Assembly (NCBI GenBank): GCA_030704615.1
Contig: CM060733.1
Location: 15,934,001 to 15,998,000, forward strand
DNA from: Takakia lepidozioides
Lineage: Eukaryota; Plantae; Bryophyta
DNA: 64,000 bases
Reading direction: 5' to 3'
The position numbers and the translations under genes were made by a program. Positions 37,730 to 50,747 of the stretch are shown here, piece after piece. The first letter of the stretch is position 1. Every line of letters starts with the position of its first letter. The notes under the pieces are model-generated. The model was not told the DNA's origin and searched no databases. It saw only the letters and a program-made list of their open reading frames with translations.

Positions 37730-38922
37730 TTAATCTTGAAAATCATCCGAATCCTCATCCTGTTCTAGACTGTCCTGCTCCGCCTCCACCCCTCAGTGCC
37801 TTTCTCATCTCCAGCGGACTGCTCGTTGGCCAGGCTTTCGAAAACCCCATCTTCCCCTTGCGGAACTGTCCATCTCACCTCCGTTGGGTCGTCTTCCTCC
37901 CTGTCTGCGTCGCTCTCATCCGCTGAATCACATATGTACTTTCGTACCCGTCTACCTGTCTGAGCTGCTGCCAACTCTTTCCTTATCCTTCTGTCCTCCC
38001 TAGCCTCTCCAAAATCTGCTCTACTTTACTGGGATTCTCACTTCTTCTAAGCGCTGTATTTGCGAGTTTAGCTGCATAACTAGGAAGGGAGTAGTCCCTC
38101 ACCGGGCTCGTCATGAAGTCGGCCCTCGCAAAGAACGGGACATTCTTCCTGGCAGGAAGTGTAGGCCCTACATGTTTCGACCCGGACCCTGCAATCCTGC
38201 ACATGACAATCATCAACGAGACTAATGAGAACCACAGTCGGGAAATTCGTTTGACATAAATGACCCAGAAGGCTTTGCAAACTTACAATGTTTGCACTCA
38301 CTCGTATTCCGGGTTCTCCTCTGCATCAATGTCCACTGTGTCTTCCTCGGACTCCGACGAATCCGAGGAGACTTCCGCTCTGTCGGGAGCCTTGACATTC
38401 CGTTGCAGCCCTTCCAGATGGGATCCCCACACGGATGAATCCTCCTCGTAGGCTAAGAGGTGCCGGTCGGAAAACCGCCCAGCCCACATTGAGGCACCTG
38501 TTACAATGCCATCCACACATTACCACATGGCGCTTCAGATGTTGCGAACTACATCCTAACGAGAATTTGCAGAACAGCATAGATCAAGATTCTGCATACC
38601 TGTCCCACAGATGAGGTCGAGCACTGTGCCCTCCACGTCTGTGCATGTCTCCATAATTGTCTGAATGAAGGCAGGGCTCCGAGTCCGTGAGTACCGCAGG
38701 GGTTCCGTTGAAGTGAGGCTATGAGGGAGAAGTTCCTTGGGAACGTTGTTGAACAGAACGTCGTAATCGAGGGGGTCGCAGTTCGGGTCAACCTTTCCTC
38801 CCTCCTTCCGGAAAGCAAAGGTGGAGTTCTCCTTCACAAAGCAGTATGCATCGAACTGCTTCGTCTGCATACACAAGGGGGAACGATTAGAAACCGAATG
38901 CGGCACCGCATTTGAAAACACC
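37730..38922 (-). pseudogene. C-terminal exons of the methyltransferase-like gene (SAM-binding motif I, acidic tail)
   Basis: RSPAFIQTIMETCTDVEGTVLDLICGT|GASMWAGRFSDRHLLAYEED after removing GT-AG intron 38498-38599; matches KP..L...I...S..GD.VLDPF.GSGTT..AA..LGR..IG.E.D. Stop at 37730-37732. Confidence 0.75.
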
Positions 38923-40502
38923 CAAGCTGTCGCGCACCTCACTTCGGTAAACTCCCCTTCAAGTCATAGTTACTCGCTTTGATGCGCGCGCCTGACTCCC
39001 AACCTGGCCGCCGGGCCAACTTGGAGCTTCGGCTGCTCACCGGGACATAACGGTCCCCCCTTCGCTTCCCTCTAAAACCCTCCACCTAATTGGGACTAGG
39101 AGAATTCCCTTTGGTAGATGGCAGTCCGGAACAGCTCCCCACTCTTTGGTCGCTTTCCGGCTCGCTCGCTTACTCACTAGTTTTTGGTCACCAACGGGCT
39201 TGCACCGTTCTCGGGGTTACTACTCCCTATATATACTTCTGTAGCTGTCCGCGGGGGTTTCACAACTAGCCATGCCATTTTATGGCGAACCACCACGAAG
39301 ACCCTCGATTCCCGGTGGTGAGTCGCGGTGAGTCTTGGCCCGCTCACCACGGCCCCTATGGACCGTGATGAGTCCCAAGACTCCCCACGACTCCCACCAC
39401 GAGGTCTCCGCCCCCATGGTGAGTCCTATGCCACCCCCACTAAGTCCCACTAAGCTACCACCACCCCTTGTGGAGCCACCCCCACCGCAACCCGGTGTGC
39501 GGGGCTCCACCTAGTGAGCGCCTCCGCTTCCCTGAGTGCCTTGGGCACTCAAGGGTGCCTCAGCCCCCCATACCTATCGCTGCCGCTGCCCCACCACAGG
39601 GGCAGCCCCTCATGTGTCCCGACCCCTGCCCTCAAGGCAAAGGGCCGCGACACACACCCCTACCAACAGGGAGTCGATGTCCTCATCGACTTGTCCATTT
39701 TGTAGAAACGAACATCCAAGTTGTGGCGTCCCACATCAAGGAGTTTGTTTCTGTACCATGGCGTCCCATGGTAAGGAACCAAACTCCACACTTGACTCTA
39801 CTCTCCACTAGCTAGTTCGGCCGACTTCCTCCAAGTCCCGGCCAAGGGTGGAGCCTCTCCAGCTCCTCCCAGTGCACTCTTCTTGGCCTACTTCAAGGCC
39901 AAGGAACGATCCTCCCCGAGGATCGAATCGCCTTACTGCAACAACATTGCTTGCGATCGCTCATGATGCCGCTTTTGGCATCACCTTGAGCAAGGGTTCA
40001 CCTGGAACCCTCTTTGACCAGGAAGATAACCTTGAACCAACCGTGCGCCCCAATCACTACAATTGGGTCCGCCTTGGAATGCTCGCCTGAGGTACGGGAA
40101 CACGTCGAAGCCGCACTACGACTTCGTCCCAAGGTTACACGATTATAGTACGTGAACGGAAGCACGTAGCTTCCGCGTTAGCCCGCACTACAAGGCAACC
40201 CCCTCGGTAGCGCAGTTATAGTACGCGCACGCGCCAGGTGCGCACTAGCACGTGAACTCCCAAAGAAGGCGCAAGTTTCCTTGCCCCTTGGATGGGAGTC
40301 ACCCGATTTCGGCTCTGCGCAAACACACGATTACCCAATTTACCTCTCCCACTTTTGTAAGCTAGCATGCATTCTACACACTAGCCAACCACACCATGCA
40401 TCACCATTCCAAACACAATAGGACGCACAATATTTGGAACCCATTTCCTTTATAACAAATTTTTGTACAATACAAGTTTTTGCAATCGGATTCCTGAGCT
40501 AG

Positions 40503-43500
40503 CTAAACCGGGCTAAGCATGCATTTCCTCCCCCACGCTCCAAGGTTGATGTCCCCATCAACGCTTCTTCCGCTTTTGAGGTCGCCCTTCGAAAGCTGCA
40601 ACCGCCTCGGATGCGTTTCCCATTTCTGAGGCACGCACCCAAGATGCCTCCACATGATGATAGCCCTTCCATTTGACGAGATACTCCGTTTCTCGGTTCC
40701 TGAACCTCCTGACTTAAGTATTGCCTCCACCTCGTACTCAGGTTCATTTTCATGATCCAACAGCATAGGTGGCGGACGCAACACTTGATGCCGATTCGGA
40801 CGCGCTTCATCTTTGAAGTAAGGCTTCAAAAGGGAAACATGGAATACTGGGTGTACCTTGCTGTTTGCCGGCAGCTCCAATTCATACACATCCTCATTCA
40901 TAACCTTCCGAATGCAAAAGGGTCCCGCATACAGAGGCACGAACTTTGGACTCACTTCCGGAGGTAGTCGGAAATTCTTGATGTTCAACCAGACCTCTGT
41001 GTCTGCCTCAAACTTCACTTCCCTCCGCTTCCGATTCGCCTGCCTTTCATACCGTTTCCTAGCTTTGGCAATATTGTACTTTGCGAGCTTCAACAAACGC
41101 TCGCGTTCTTCCAGTACCGCCGCTACTGCCGGTTCCTCAACGTCCTGGGCGGCCCAACTTGTCGGCACCAGAGGTGCTTTTCCATAGACCAACACGAAAG
41201 GGGAAACTCCCGTTGCGGAGTGTTTGTGTTATTATAACAGAACTCTGCCGCGTCTAAGTGTTCCATCCAGTCTGATTGGTCTGCCGACACGTAATTCCGC
41301 AAGAATTGCTTCACTACGGAATTCACTCTTTCCGTTTGGCCGTCCGTCGTAGGTCGGAAGGGGCGGTGCTCATCTTCAGCCTCGTCCCCATCTTCTTCCA
41401 AAGTGCTCTCCAGAATTTACTCGTAAACTTTGGATCGCGGTCCGAGACAATATCCTTCGGGACTCCATGATGCTTTAAGACGTGGGCGAAGTAAAGTCGC
41501 CCTGTCTCCTGCGCCGTTGCCGTCTCCTTGGTGGGGATGAAATGGCCCATTTTACTGAACCTATCTACCACCACCATGATTGCATCGAATCCTTTTGACA
41601 GCGGCATAACAGTCATGAAATCCATCGAGACGCTTTCCCAAGTCCCCTCTGGAATCGGCAAGGGTTGTAACAGCCCCGCTTGCTTTTTGTACTCGCTCCG
41701 GTTTTGTTGGCATGTGGTGCATGTCTTGACATACTCCTCTGCCTCCTCCCTCAGTTTGGGCCAGAAATACTCTTTTTTCAAGAGTGCCGCAGTGCGCTTG
41801 GCTCCGCCGTGGCCCCGCAAGCGGGCTATCATGGCATTCTCTCAAGAGGCTATCTCTGATCCCTCCCTTCGGCACGTAGAGACGTTTTTGCTTATACCAG
41901 AGCAGTCCATTTTGCAAGTGGAACTGCGATTTAACCCCCATTCTCAAATCCTGCATCACGGACTTTGCCAGCTCATCCTTCCGGCAAGCCTTTCGGATCT
42001 TCCTTTGGAGCGCCGTCTCGCCCTTGTACACCAACAAGAGCTGCTGCTTTCTACTTAAAGCATCGGCCACCACATTGTCCCGTCCCGGTTTGTACTGGAT
42101 ATCCACGTCGAACACTGCCAAAGTATCTTGCCACCTAAGTTGTTTTGGGGACAACTTGGGCTGCGTGGCAAAATACTTCACCGTGACATTGTCCGTGAAC
42201 ACCTTCACTGGTTGGAACCAACATAGTGGCGCCAGAGCTCAAGGCAATGCACCACCGCCTTCATCTCTTTTTCGTGCGTTGGCCACCGTCGCTCCACTTC
42301 ATTCAGTTTCTTACTTTCGCAAGCCACTGGACGTCCATCTTGCATAAGTACACCCCCAATCGCGAAGTCCGATGCATCTGTATGAATCTCAAACGGACGA
42401 TCGAACTCCGGGATTTTCAAGACTGAAGCTTCCGTCATCCGCTGCTTCAATTCAGCAAAAGCTTGGCCACAAAATGTGTTCCATACCCAGACTTTGGATT
42501 TACACAGAAGGTCCGACAGCGGCCCCGCGATCTTGGCGAAATTTCTCACATACTTCCGGTAATAGGAGGCGAGTCCTAGGAAGGATCGCACTCCCGGGAC
42601 CGAAGTCGGAGGCTCCCAGTCCAAGATCGCCCTCACCTTTCTGTCATCCATTTTGATCCCATCCTGTGTAATCACATGCCCTAGGAACTCCACTTTTGTG
42701 ACCCCGAATTCGCACTTTGAAGCTTTGGCATACAGCTTCCCTTCTCGCAATTTTTGGAACACCCTTTGAGGTGCTCCTCCTTTGTTTTCGAGTACACCAA
42801 GATGTCGTCGATGTACACGATCACAAAGTCATCCAACCACTCCTGGAAAAGGCTGTTCATCAGCGTGCTAAATGTTGCTGGTGCATTGGTGAGCCCAAAA
42901 GGCATCACCAAGAACTCATATGAACCATACCTTGTCCGGCACGCGGTCTTCTCCTCATCTCCTTCCGCCACCCGAATTTGGTGATAGCCGGAGCGCAAGT
43001 CGATCCGGCTGAAATACTTCGCTCCTGCCAACCGATCGAAGAGGTCGTCGATCCTTGGCAAAGGGTACCGGTTTTTGATAGTCACCTTATTCAGAGCCCT
43101 GTAATCGACACACATCCGCAGCGTCCCATCCTTCTTGTCTGCAAATAGCACCGGGGCTCCGTAAGGTGACTTACTCGGCCGGATGTACCCCTTTGACATT
43201 AGATCTTGAGCTGAGTCTTCAGCTCGACCAACTCTCTGTGGCTCAACCGGTAGGGCGCCTTGGCAGGCGGTTCCGATCCCGGTATCACCTCAATCTTGTG
43301 GTCAACTCCTCTTCGCGGTGGCAAGCCGCTTGGTAAATCCTCCGGCATCACATCCTGGTATTTCTCCAAAATCCCCTTGATCCAATCTGGGCTCGGCTCC
43401 CCATCGCCTTCTCCTTTCAATTCTCTAATGTAAAGCAAAAACTGGGGCTCGTGTGCCTCCTCCACGGCCCACTCCTTTGCTGACAGAAGGTTTATTTGCC

Positions 43501-45160
43501 CTCCCACGGATTTGGGCGTTTCTGACACTCGTAAAACCTCGTCACCATTCCCACATGGCAGCGTGACTACTCTCTTGCGGCCATCTATGACCGCTCCGGA
43601 TTTGCTCAAAAAGGTCATCCCCAAAATGAGATCCACTCCATCGATCTCGCAGATGGTGAAGTTCTCACGTCCCTCCCAACTCCCCAGTTGAAGAGGAACA
43701 TCAATCGCCAACCTTGTCGCCAACTGTGGTTCTCTTTGGCAGAACGCACCTCAATAGAGGCCCCCACGTCACTTGTCGGGAGTCCCAGCTTTTGTGCCGT
43801 TGTCGGTGTCATGAAGGAGTGCGACGCTCCTGTGTCCACCAACAACGACACATTAGTTCCGGATATTATCCCATCCACGAACAATAACTGACTCCCTTTT
43901 CGTAAGGCGCCAGTTTCCTGATACAACTCACAAGAAAATTTGCCTACCTTGCAAGTCCTGGCGACCACCGCTTCCACCAAGCGACTGATGGTATCTTCCG
44001 ACAGCTCCGTGGTCGCCCGAGTCATGTTCAATTGCCGGGCTTCGTGCACTTCTTGGCCATGTGCCCGAGCTCCCCGCAATTGAAACACACTCCATCAAAG
44101 GTCGCCTTCTGTCCGCCATAAGCCGCTCCACCCGCTTTTCCTTTCGAGCACCGGGTGCCGCCTTGACGTGTGAAGGCCCTCCCTTCGATTTCCACGTGCC
44201 ATTATCGCCGCGTGGCCTATTCCACTTCTTTTCCGGTCGGAAGGAGTCACCTTCCCGCCGAATCTTCTTGTGGTTCAGCTCCGTACGGCCTTGTCTTTCA
44301 CCCCTAGGGACATCCGAGAAACATTCAGCCCTCTCAATTGCCTCTTTCAAAGTCTTGGGTGGCTTCTCCTCCAACTTCCGCCTGGCCCATGGGGCCAGTC
44401 CCGCCACAAAGTTGAAGACCATTTCTGGTTCTGCCATGTCCGCGACTTCGAGCAACAGCACATTGAAAGCCTGGACATACCCCCGAATGTCATCTGTTTG
44501 CTTCAAATTCCTCATCTTGTCCCGGGCGAGCCAGGACGCGTTGAGGGGCACAAACTGTCTCTTGATCAATTCCTTGAACCCACTCCAGTTCAAGGTTTCC
44601 GGGCTTGGACCTCGGTCGTGAAGGCGTTTCTGCCACCATTGTTGAGCATAGCCCCTCAAATAGCTGGGAGCCACTTCCACCCGATCCTCGTCACTTAACT
44701 TGGCCGCCCGGAAGTACTGCTCTAGCTCCAGGAGCCAGGTGTTGAGTGCCTTCCGATTTCGGACGCCCTCGAAGGTGCCGGGTTCCTTAGGCTTCACCTT
44801 AAACTTTGCCTTAGTGGAAATGGCATTAGCCACCTTCAACACGTCTTTCAACGTCCCGCCAAACTGCGCCAACAACCCTTCCCAAAAGGCTGCCAGCATG
44901 GGAGGCATCTCTTGGTTTGTCGGAGCTATCAAGGATTCCTCGGGCTCCGACTCCTCGGATTCCTCCCGCTCTTGAGCGGCCTCGTTTTTGGAAACATGCA
45001 TCGCTTCCTCAAATGGCCGCCTCGGTGACACGTCGCCCCCATCAGGCTCACCGGGATCATCATCTTTTGGGCCGTTCCGCTTTTGCTTCGGCTTGCCCGA
45101 CCCCATGATGAGGCCAATCCCAAGGATGATCGCGTACTGAACTCTAAGCTCTGATACCAA
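40503..45160 (-). pseudogene. gag-pol (Gag, PR, RT, RNase H, integrase, chromodomain) with single-base frameshifts
   Basis: LVDTGASHSF; YIDDILVY; HTDASDFAIG; SMDFM..VVVDRFSK..SDRDPKF; YAGPF..HPVFHVSLLK; EYEVEAIL. Confidence 0.92.
45148..45159 (-). promoter_or_regulatory. tRNA-iMet primer binding site
   Basis: TGGTATCAGAGC on the minus strand, 2 bp from the 5' LTR. Confidence 0.92.
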
Positions 45161-46710
45161 GTGTCGCGCACCTCACTTCGGTAAAATCCCCTTCAAGTCA
45201 TAGTTACTTGCTTTGATGCGTGCGCCTGACTCCCAACCTGGCCGCCGGGCCAACTTGGAGCTTCGGCTGCTCACCGGGACATAACGGTCCCCCCTTCGCT
45301 TCCCTCTAAAACCCTCCACCTAATTGGGACTAGGAGAATTCCCTTTGGTAGATGGCAGTCCGGAACAGCTCCCCACTCTTTGGTCGCTTTCCGGCTCGCT
45401 CGCTTACTCACTAGTTTTGGTCACCAACGGGCTTGCACCGTTCTCGGGGTACTACTCCCTATATATACTTCTGTAGCTGTCCGCGGGGGTTTCACAACTA
45501 GCCATGCCATTTTATGGCGAACCACCACGAAGACCCTCGATTCCGGTGGTGAGTCGCGGTGAGTCTTGGCCCGCTCACCACGGCCCCTATGGACCGTGAT
45601 GAGTCCCAAGACTCCCCACGACTCCCACCACGAGGTCTCCGCCCCCATGGTGAGTCCTATGCCCCCCCACTAAGTCCCACTAAGCTACCACCACCCCTTG
45701 TGGAGCCACCCCCACCGCAACCCGGTGTGCGGGGCTCCACCTAGTGAGCGCCTCCGCTTCCCTGAGTGCCTGGGCACTCAAGGGTGCCTCAGCCCCCCAT
45801 ACCTATCGCTGCCGCTGCCCCCACCACAAGGGCAACCCCTCATGTGTCCCGACCCCCTGCCCTCAAGGGAGGTTTACTATTTCATGAGCAGAAACCATGA
45901 GCCATGAGCCATGAGCCGCATGAGCCGCATGAGCGGTGAGCCGAAGTCTAAGATACGCGGATTTCATGAGCGGACTCCTCCAAATTTGGAAATGCGGCAG
46001 ATTAAACAAGTATTAAAATAATAGTTTTTTATTTGACCTTGCCGTTTTGGACGTTCCAGATCATGTAATGCGGCGAAGATATGTCGTCAGTAACAAGTCC
46101 GCTCATGGTTTTATAGATCCGCTCATGGAAATAAGTGACCGTGCAACGGGAAATCCAGTATACCACTGCAAAAGGACGTCGCATACTGGCCTGTATAGAG
46201 TATTCCGCGGTTTTACATGCCTTAACATTGGAATGAAGCTGACCCTTTTGCCGCGATTGAACCAATGGAGTCTGCACCAATACAGTCTGCAGTACTTCAC
46301 AATTCTGTCTTCTTCGGGTATTCGGCGGGAAAGGTTTGCAACTGAACTGGGAAATAGGGTGCCGCATTAGGGTTCGCACGTGCGAAATTTCGGAGCGGTT
46401 GGTGTTGGCGAAGGCCGCCTCTGGGGTACCTACGACGATACTTGGAAATTCGGCGCCGCATTTCCTTGTCGGAGGTCGAATGAGGAGAGCAAGTTTTCGG
46501 AAAGCAGAAAAACATGAACCCTCCAACATACAAAAATACATGCACGTGGAAACAAGTGAACGATATATTAATATCTTAGTTCGATCAAAACAGGTTACTG
46601 GTAGGCAAGACATATGTCGGACCTTTGTGTGGCCAGAGTCTGAGGTACTGGCAGCAGTACAGTTCTACTATCCGATGGGCGTACCATTGTATGTGGACCG
46701 CAAGCCAAGC

Positions 46711-49700
46711 TCACTGGTCCCCTGGATCCATATTCAGAAGAGTGTGAACCTCCTGGGGGCTCAACCCTGGTGCATGTATGAAGTGATGAGTTGTGGAATT
46801 ACAACGGAGTCTCTTTAGGTACACGTAGTACAAATGCTTGCAAGGGCAGTATGATGCCCCCTTGTTCGCCATGATCTGGAAGTCGGTGCAATTGCAGGTG
46901 GGTAATTCTGAAATGGTGATGGTGTACACCTCATTGCGAACAGCTGAGCCCGCCGTGGCCATCTGATACACACGCCCGAATCCTGGTGGGGGCACTTCTG
47001 TCGAGCTCTGGATTGTACAGTTCATCCGAAGTGCATTCCCCATCCTTGTCTCGTTCACTTTTGAGGGAGGTCGCCGCCTCTTCGGTTTCCCCCAACGGTG
47101 TGTAGGATGCTTAGAGCTGTCGTGTCCCATTGTTCTTGCTCTCACAGGGGTCGGTGGTGGAGGCTGTGGAAGCGGAAATGGTTGTCTGGGCACGTCAGTG
47201 CGCTGCACCATCCGAAATCCTGCGGCGGTAAGGGCGTCGGCCTCAACCTGACTCAGATCGCAGCCTGGTTCCACCGGCCACACCGGGGGAGCCTCTGGCA
47301 TTGTCTGTATGCCGTACTTGGGCTTTCCATACACGCAAGTCATAATGTCGTGCCTGCAGAACCAGAACTGGGTGGTTGTCGCCTCCGCAAACTTTGCATG
47401 GACAAATCTTCCTGTAAAAGTAGGAGCAGGGACAGCCCCATCTGGATTCCTCCTTATCATCTCTAAACAACGTTGCCGTGTATCCACACGAATTGCGGAA
47501 CACCTTCCTCGAAACGACGGCTTTGTGCGAGCAATTCTCCACTGTGAGGCAGACACAGTCGTCTCCACAATGGCTTGGCCATACTGCATAACAGCGGGCG
47601 GAATGTGGGGCAAGGGAGCGGTGGGAATTTGTTGCACGAAATCCCCGTTTGAAGGCGACGGCGATCTGGAATTTCTTGGGCTTCCACTGCTGGAAGACAC
47701 ATTGTGCGGCAACATGACGGGACCTCGAGGTGCTGTCCGAATGTTCCTGTCGGATCTCCAGGAATCCTCTTCGCACCCGGGTTCCTCTTCAATCCTCCGC
47801 CTGACAGGGCGAGTCCGGACGTCCCCCTCTAGGTGTTCACCTCTGCGGTGCAGAGGCGTCCCTTTGATCTTCTCTCGCAATGCTGTCGCCCATTTCACTG
47901 GATTCTTGGACCTCGAAGCTGTTCGTACCAACAATTCCTCCCTGTCCGGCCCAAAGCCCCATTGTTTGCCGCTCAGGAACTTGTAGTACGTGGCTTGCTG
48001 CATGATTGCTCTGTCGATGTCCTCCGTTGTGGCCGTCACTACGTCCACCAGATGTGCGGCAGAAGACGCTCGCCAGGAGGAGTGGACCGATTCTGCCATA
48101 TTCGTGTTCGGCATGTCCGTGTCGGAATCCAAGCACCGCTCCTAGAAGGACACAAACAACGGTGAGGGACCAATCGAAATGTCCGTAACAGAAAGACAAA
48201 TGAACGAAATTGACAGCAGCCTACCTCCCGCATGTACTGTCCGAACTGTCGATACCGAAAATGCCACCACCCCAACCAGCTGTGCAATGCTCCCAGATTG
48301 GTTGTCTCCACTGCACCTGACGTGTTCCACCAAGCCTCGATGATAGCAAACTTAACCTCCGCGTCATCAAATGTGGGTGCATCCTTCCACGCCGTACAAA
48401 GGACACGGTGTTCAGCCTGGAATGAGCTAGCAACAAATTTGGTAGTGTAGTGGGATAGACTCTGCATCCAATGGAATCCACAGGATCTCTCTTTCCCCTC
48501 CATTGGAACATTGGGGTCCTCACCGTACACACGCCGCACCGCTGCCCAGTTGGCCTGAGCGTTGTCTGCCATGAATCCCCTGAAATTGGGCTCTGGCAAT
48601 CCCGCCCTTGCCATCTGCTGGTTTATGCCCTCCCACAGATGCATCTCGGACTGTGTGTCCTCCCCTTTCATCTCGCAGATTGCAATCGTCATGAGCCTCT
48701 TGGAGTGATAGTCATAAACATGCGCACCCATAGTCACCCACTGATGGTTTGTAATTCGCTTGATGTGATCAAACATCACCCAAGCATTCGACAAGTTTCC
48801 AGTTGTCATGCGAGTGACCAAGTCGACTCCACTCCCAGGCCCACACGTCGACATTTTGAAAATGTAACAACGATCGGATTCGCTGCCTTGCCCTGGAAAC
48901 CTGCTACCTTGGATGTAGTCATATCCAGTCATTCGTTTCACCTCCAGGATTGAGTACATGTCCGACCCCCTGCCGAACTCCTGCTTGCAAGATACGATGT
49001 GATTCCGCACATTCGGACTACAAACGTGCGAGACGGACTCCAAGAGGTCACGCATCTCGTCTTCGGTCAAGGGCTCTCGGTCGGAACCATCTTCAGACAT
49101 GATTTTGCCAAGAGCAATCTTGTGGGCTGCCTTCAGCTGAATCTGCTTTGGTCTGGCTCCGGGGCTCAATTTCACCTCCTCTTTTATGATGTCGTGTGCT
49201 TCCTGCACAGCCTCACGCATGTTGCCTCTCGCCAAGGGGTGGCAGTGGACCCCAACGTGTATGCAAGCTCTAGTCAAGTCCGGGAGCAAATGGATTACGT
49301 AATATTGCTTGGCTCTGCACATGGACATGCACGTCGGTGGTTCTTTGCAATGTGCACACTTGAAAGAACCCGCAGGAGCTTGGCTGGAGACAATGAATGG
49401 ATGATGCGTTGTGCCAGTCCAATCCGTCTCGTTTCTCCGCCCTCCTTTGGAGAGAAAGTGGAAGCAGGTGGGATTGAGGCACCTCAGCTTCCCCGCACAG
49501 AGGACATATCGTACACGAACACCATCAGCAATTTTCGTGCTACTGGTCTTCGTCACACACCAGGGGTGTCCGTCATGCTTTCGATCCATGTCTGTTAACA
49601 TCCCGGAGGCTTTCTTTGACGAAGAAACAGGTGGAAACTCGAAGATGACATTGCCATCGACTTCGGGAGGCAGAAACGTTACCTTTCTGACTGGGAATTT

Positions 49701-50318
49701 GGCATAGTCGAGAGCAGCCAGCTCGGAGCGAGAACCATCGAGGTGATGTTGTCGTAGGAGCTGCACAATGGACCGGGTTGGAGTTATGCTCGAGGGCACA
49801 TGCGTAGCACCTACAGAGACGTCCATGCCGGATTTGAACGACCGTGTGGAGGACATGGGTACCTCAATGCAATCATCTTCCTCGTCGGAAATGTCGAATA
49901 CGTCCACACGAGAAGCTATGGAGGGTCTTGACGGTCCAGGTCGGGAATGATTATCGTTGCATACCTCTCTGTTGGCAGTGGCCGCCTCTCGGTTTCCGGA
50001 CTCCTTTGTGGATGGTGTGGGCAGCGACTGATTCGGAAAGGGAATGGGCATTCCCACAGCTCGGTACAGGATGGTGTCTGACGGGGGAACGTGCCATTCG
50101 ATTCCGCAACCTCCGTCGTTACCTAGCACGACAATGGTCTCGTCAACCTGTCCAGGAACATCCTTCCTTTCTTCTTCCAAATAAACTGTGCCCGGTTTGA
50201 GCTTGAATTTGGAACAAAGGTAAGTTTCAGTCACTCTGCAAAGTCCTCCCTCGTTTGGGATCCAGGCTCTCCCAAGTTGCGGAGGACAGCAAACTATAGC
50301 GTAGGAATTCGGAGCCAT
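46711..50318 (-). CDS. MULE transposase, second intact copy (exons 50318-48225, 48141-46711)
   Basis: Same ORF lengths as copy 1, only a few amino-acid differences. Confidence 0.88.
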
Positions 50319-50747
50319 CGAACACCGCACGGAGTTGGCAAGTGCGAGGTTCAGTATAGCGACAGACCAAGGCTCACAGGCACCATCTAAGTGGATCTGC
50401 GGAGTCCATCGACAATTGGAAGTCGCACATTGAAGTGGAAAGTATTGTTTCAAGCTACATGCATGAAGGTGGGAGGTTTGATTCCATAGCCAGTGAGTAG
50501 GACAATGATGGCCGATTCGGCGACGAAATAACATCTCCTGACAGTTTCTCCTGAGGGTGGATCCAGCAGTATTCTCGGTGCAGACAGGAACGTTCGCACT
50601 GACAAGTGCCAGGACTGCTGGTTAAAACGGTCAGACAACCAAGTTGTGCTCATCAAGACTGGCCGCAATTGTGTTGTTTCGGAACAATGCAACCCATTGA
50701 GGTTCCAGATTTCCCGTCACGAGTGATTCTGTCGATTGCTGGTGGAC

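Larger units (their letters stand above)
34507..38927 (+). mobile_element. MULE copy 4: left end up to the gypsy insertion
   Basis: Begins GGGGGCTGCTATTTCATGAGC plus CATGAGC repeats; reverse complement of 24327-27416. Confidence 0.9.
38928..45868 (-). mobile_element. Ty3/gypsy chromovirus-type LTR retrotransposon
   Basis: 725-bp LTR at 38928-39652 (TG..CA); second LTR 45162-45868 interrupted by a MULE; TSD CAAGC; PBS; PPT GGTAGGGGTGTG next to 39652. Confidence 0.95.

Noticed and set aside
40503-45160. Programmed frameshifts in gag-pol
   Set aside because: The single-base slips are numerous and scattered, also seen in neighbouring elements; more likely consensus errors or decay.
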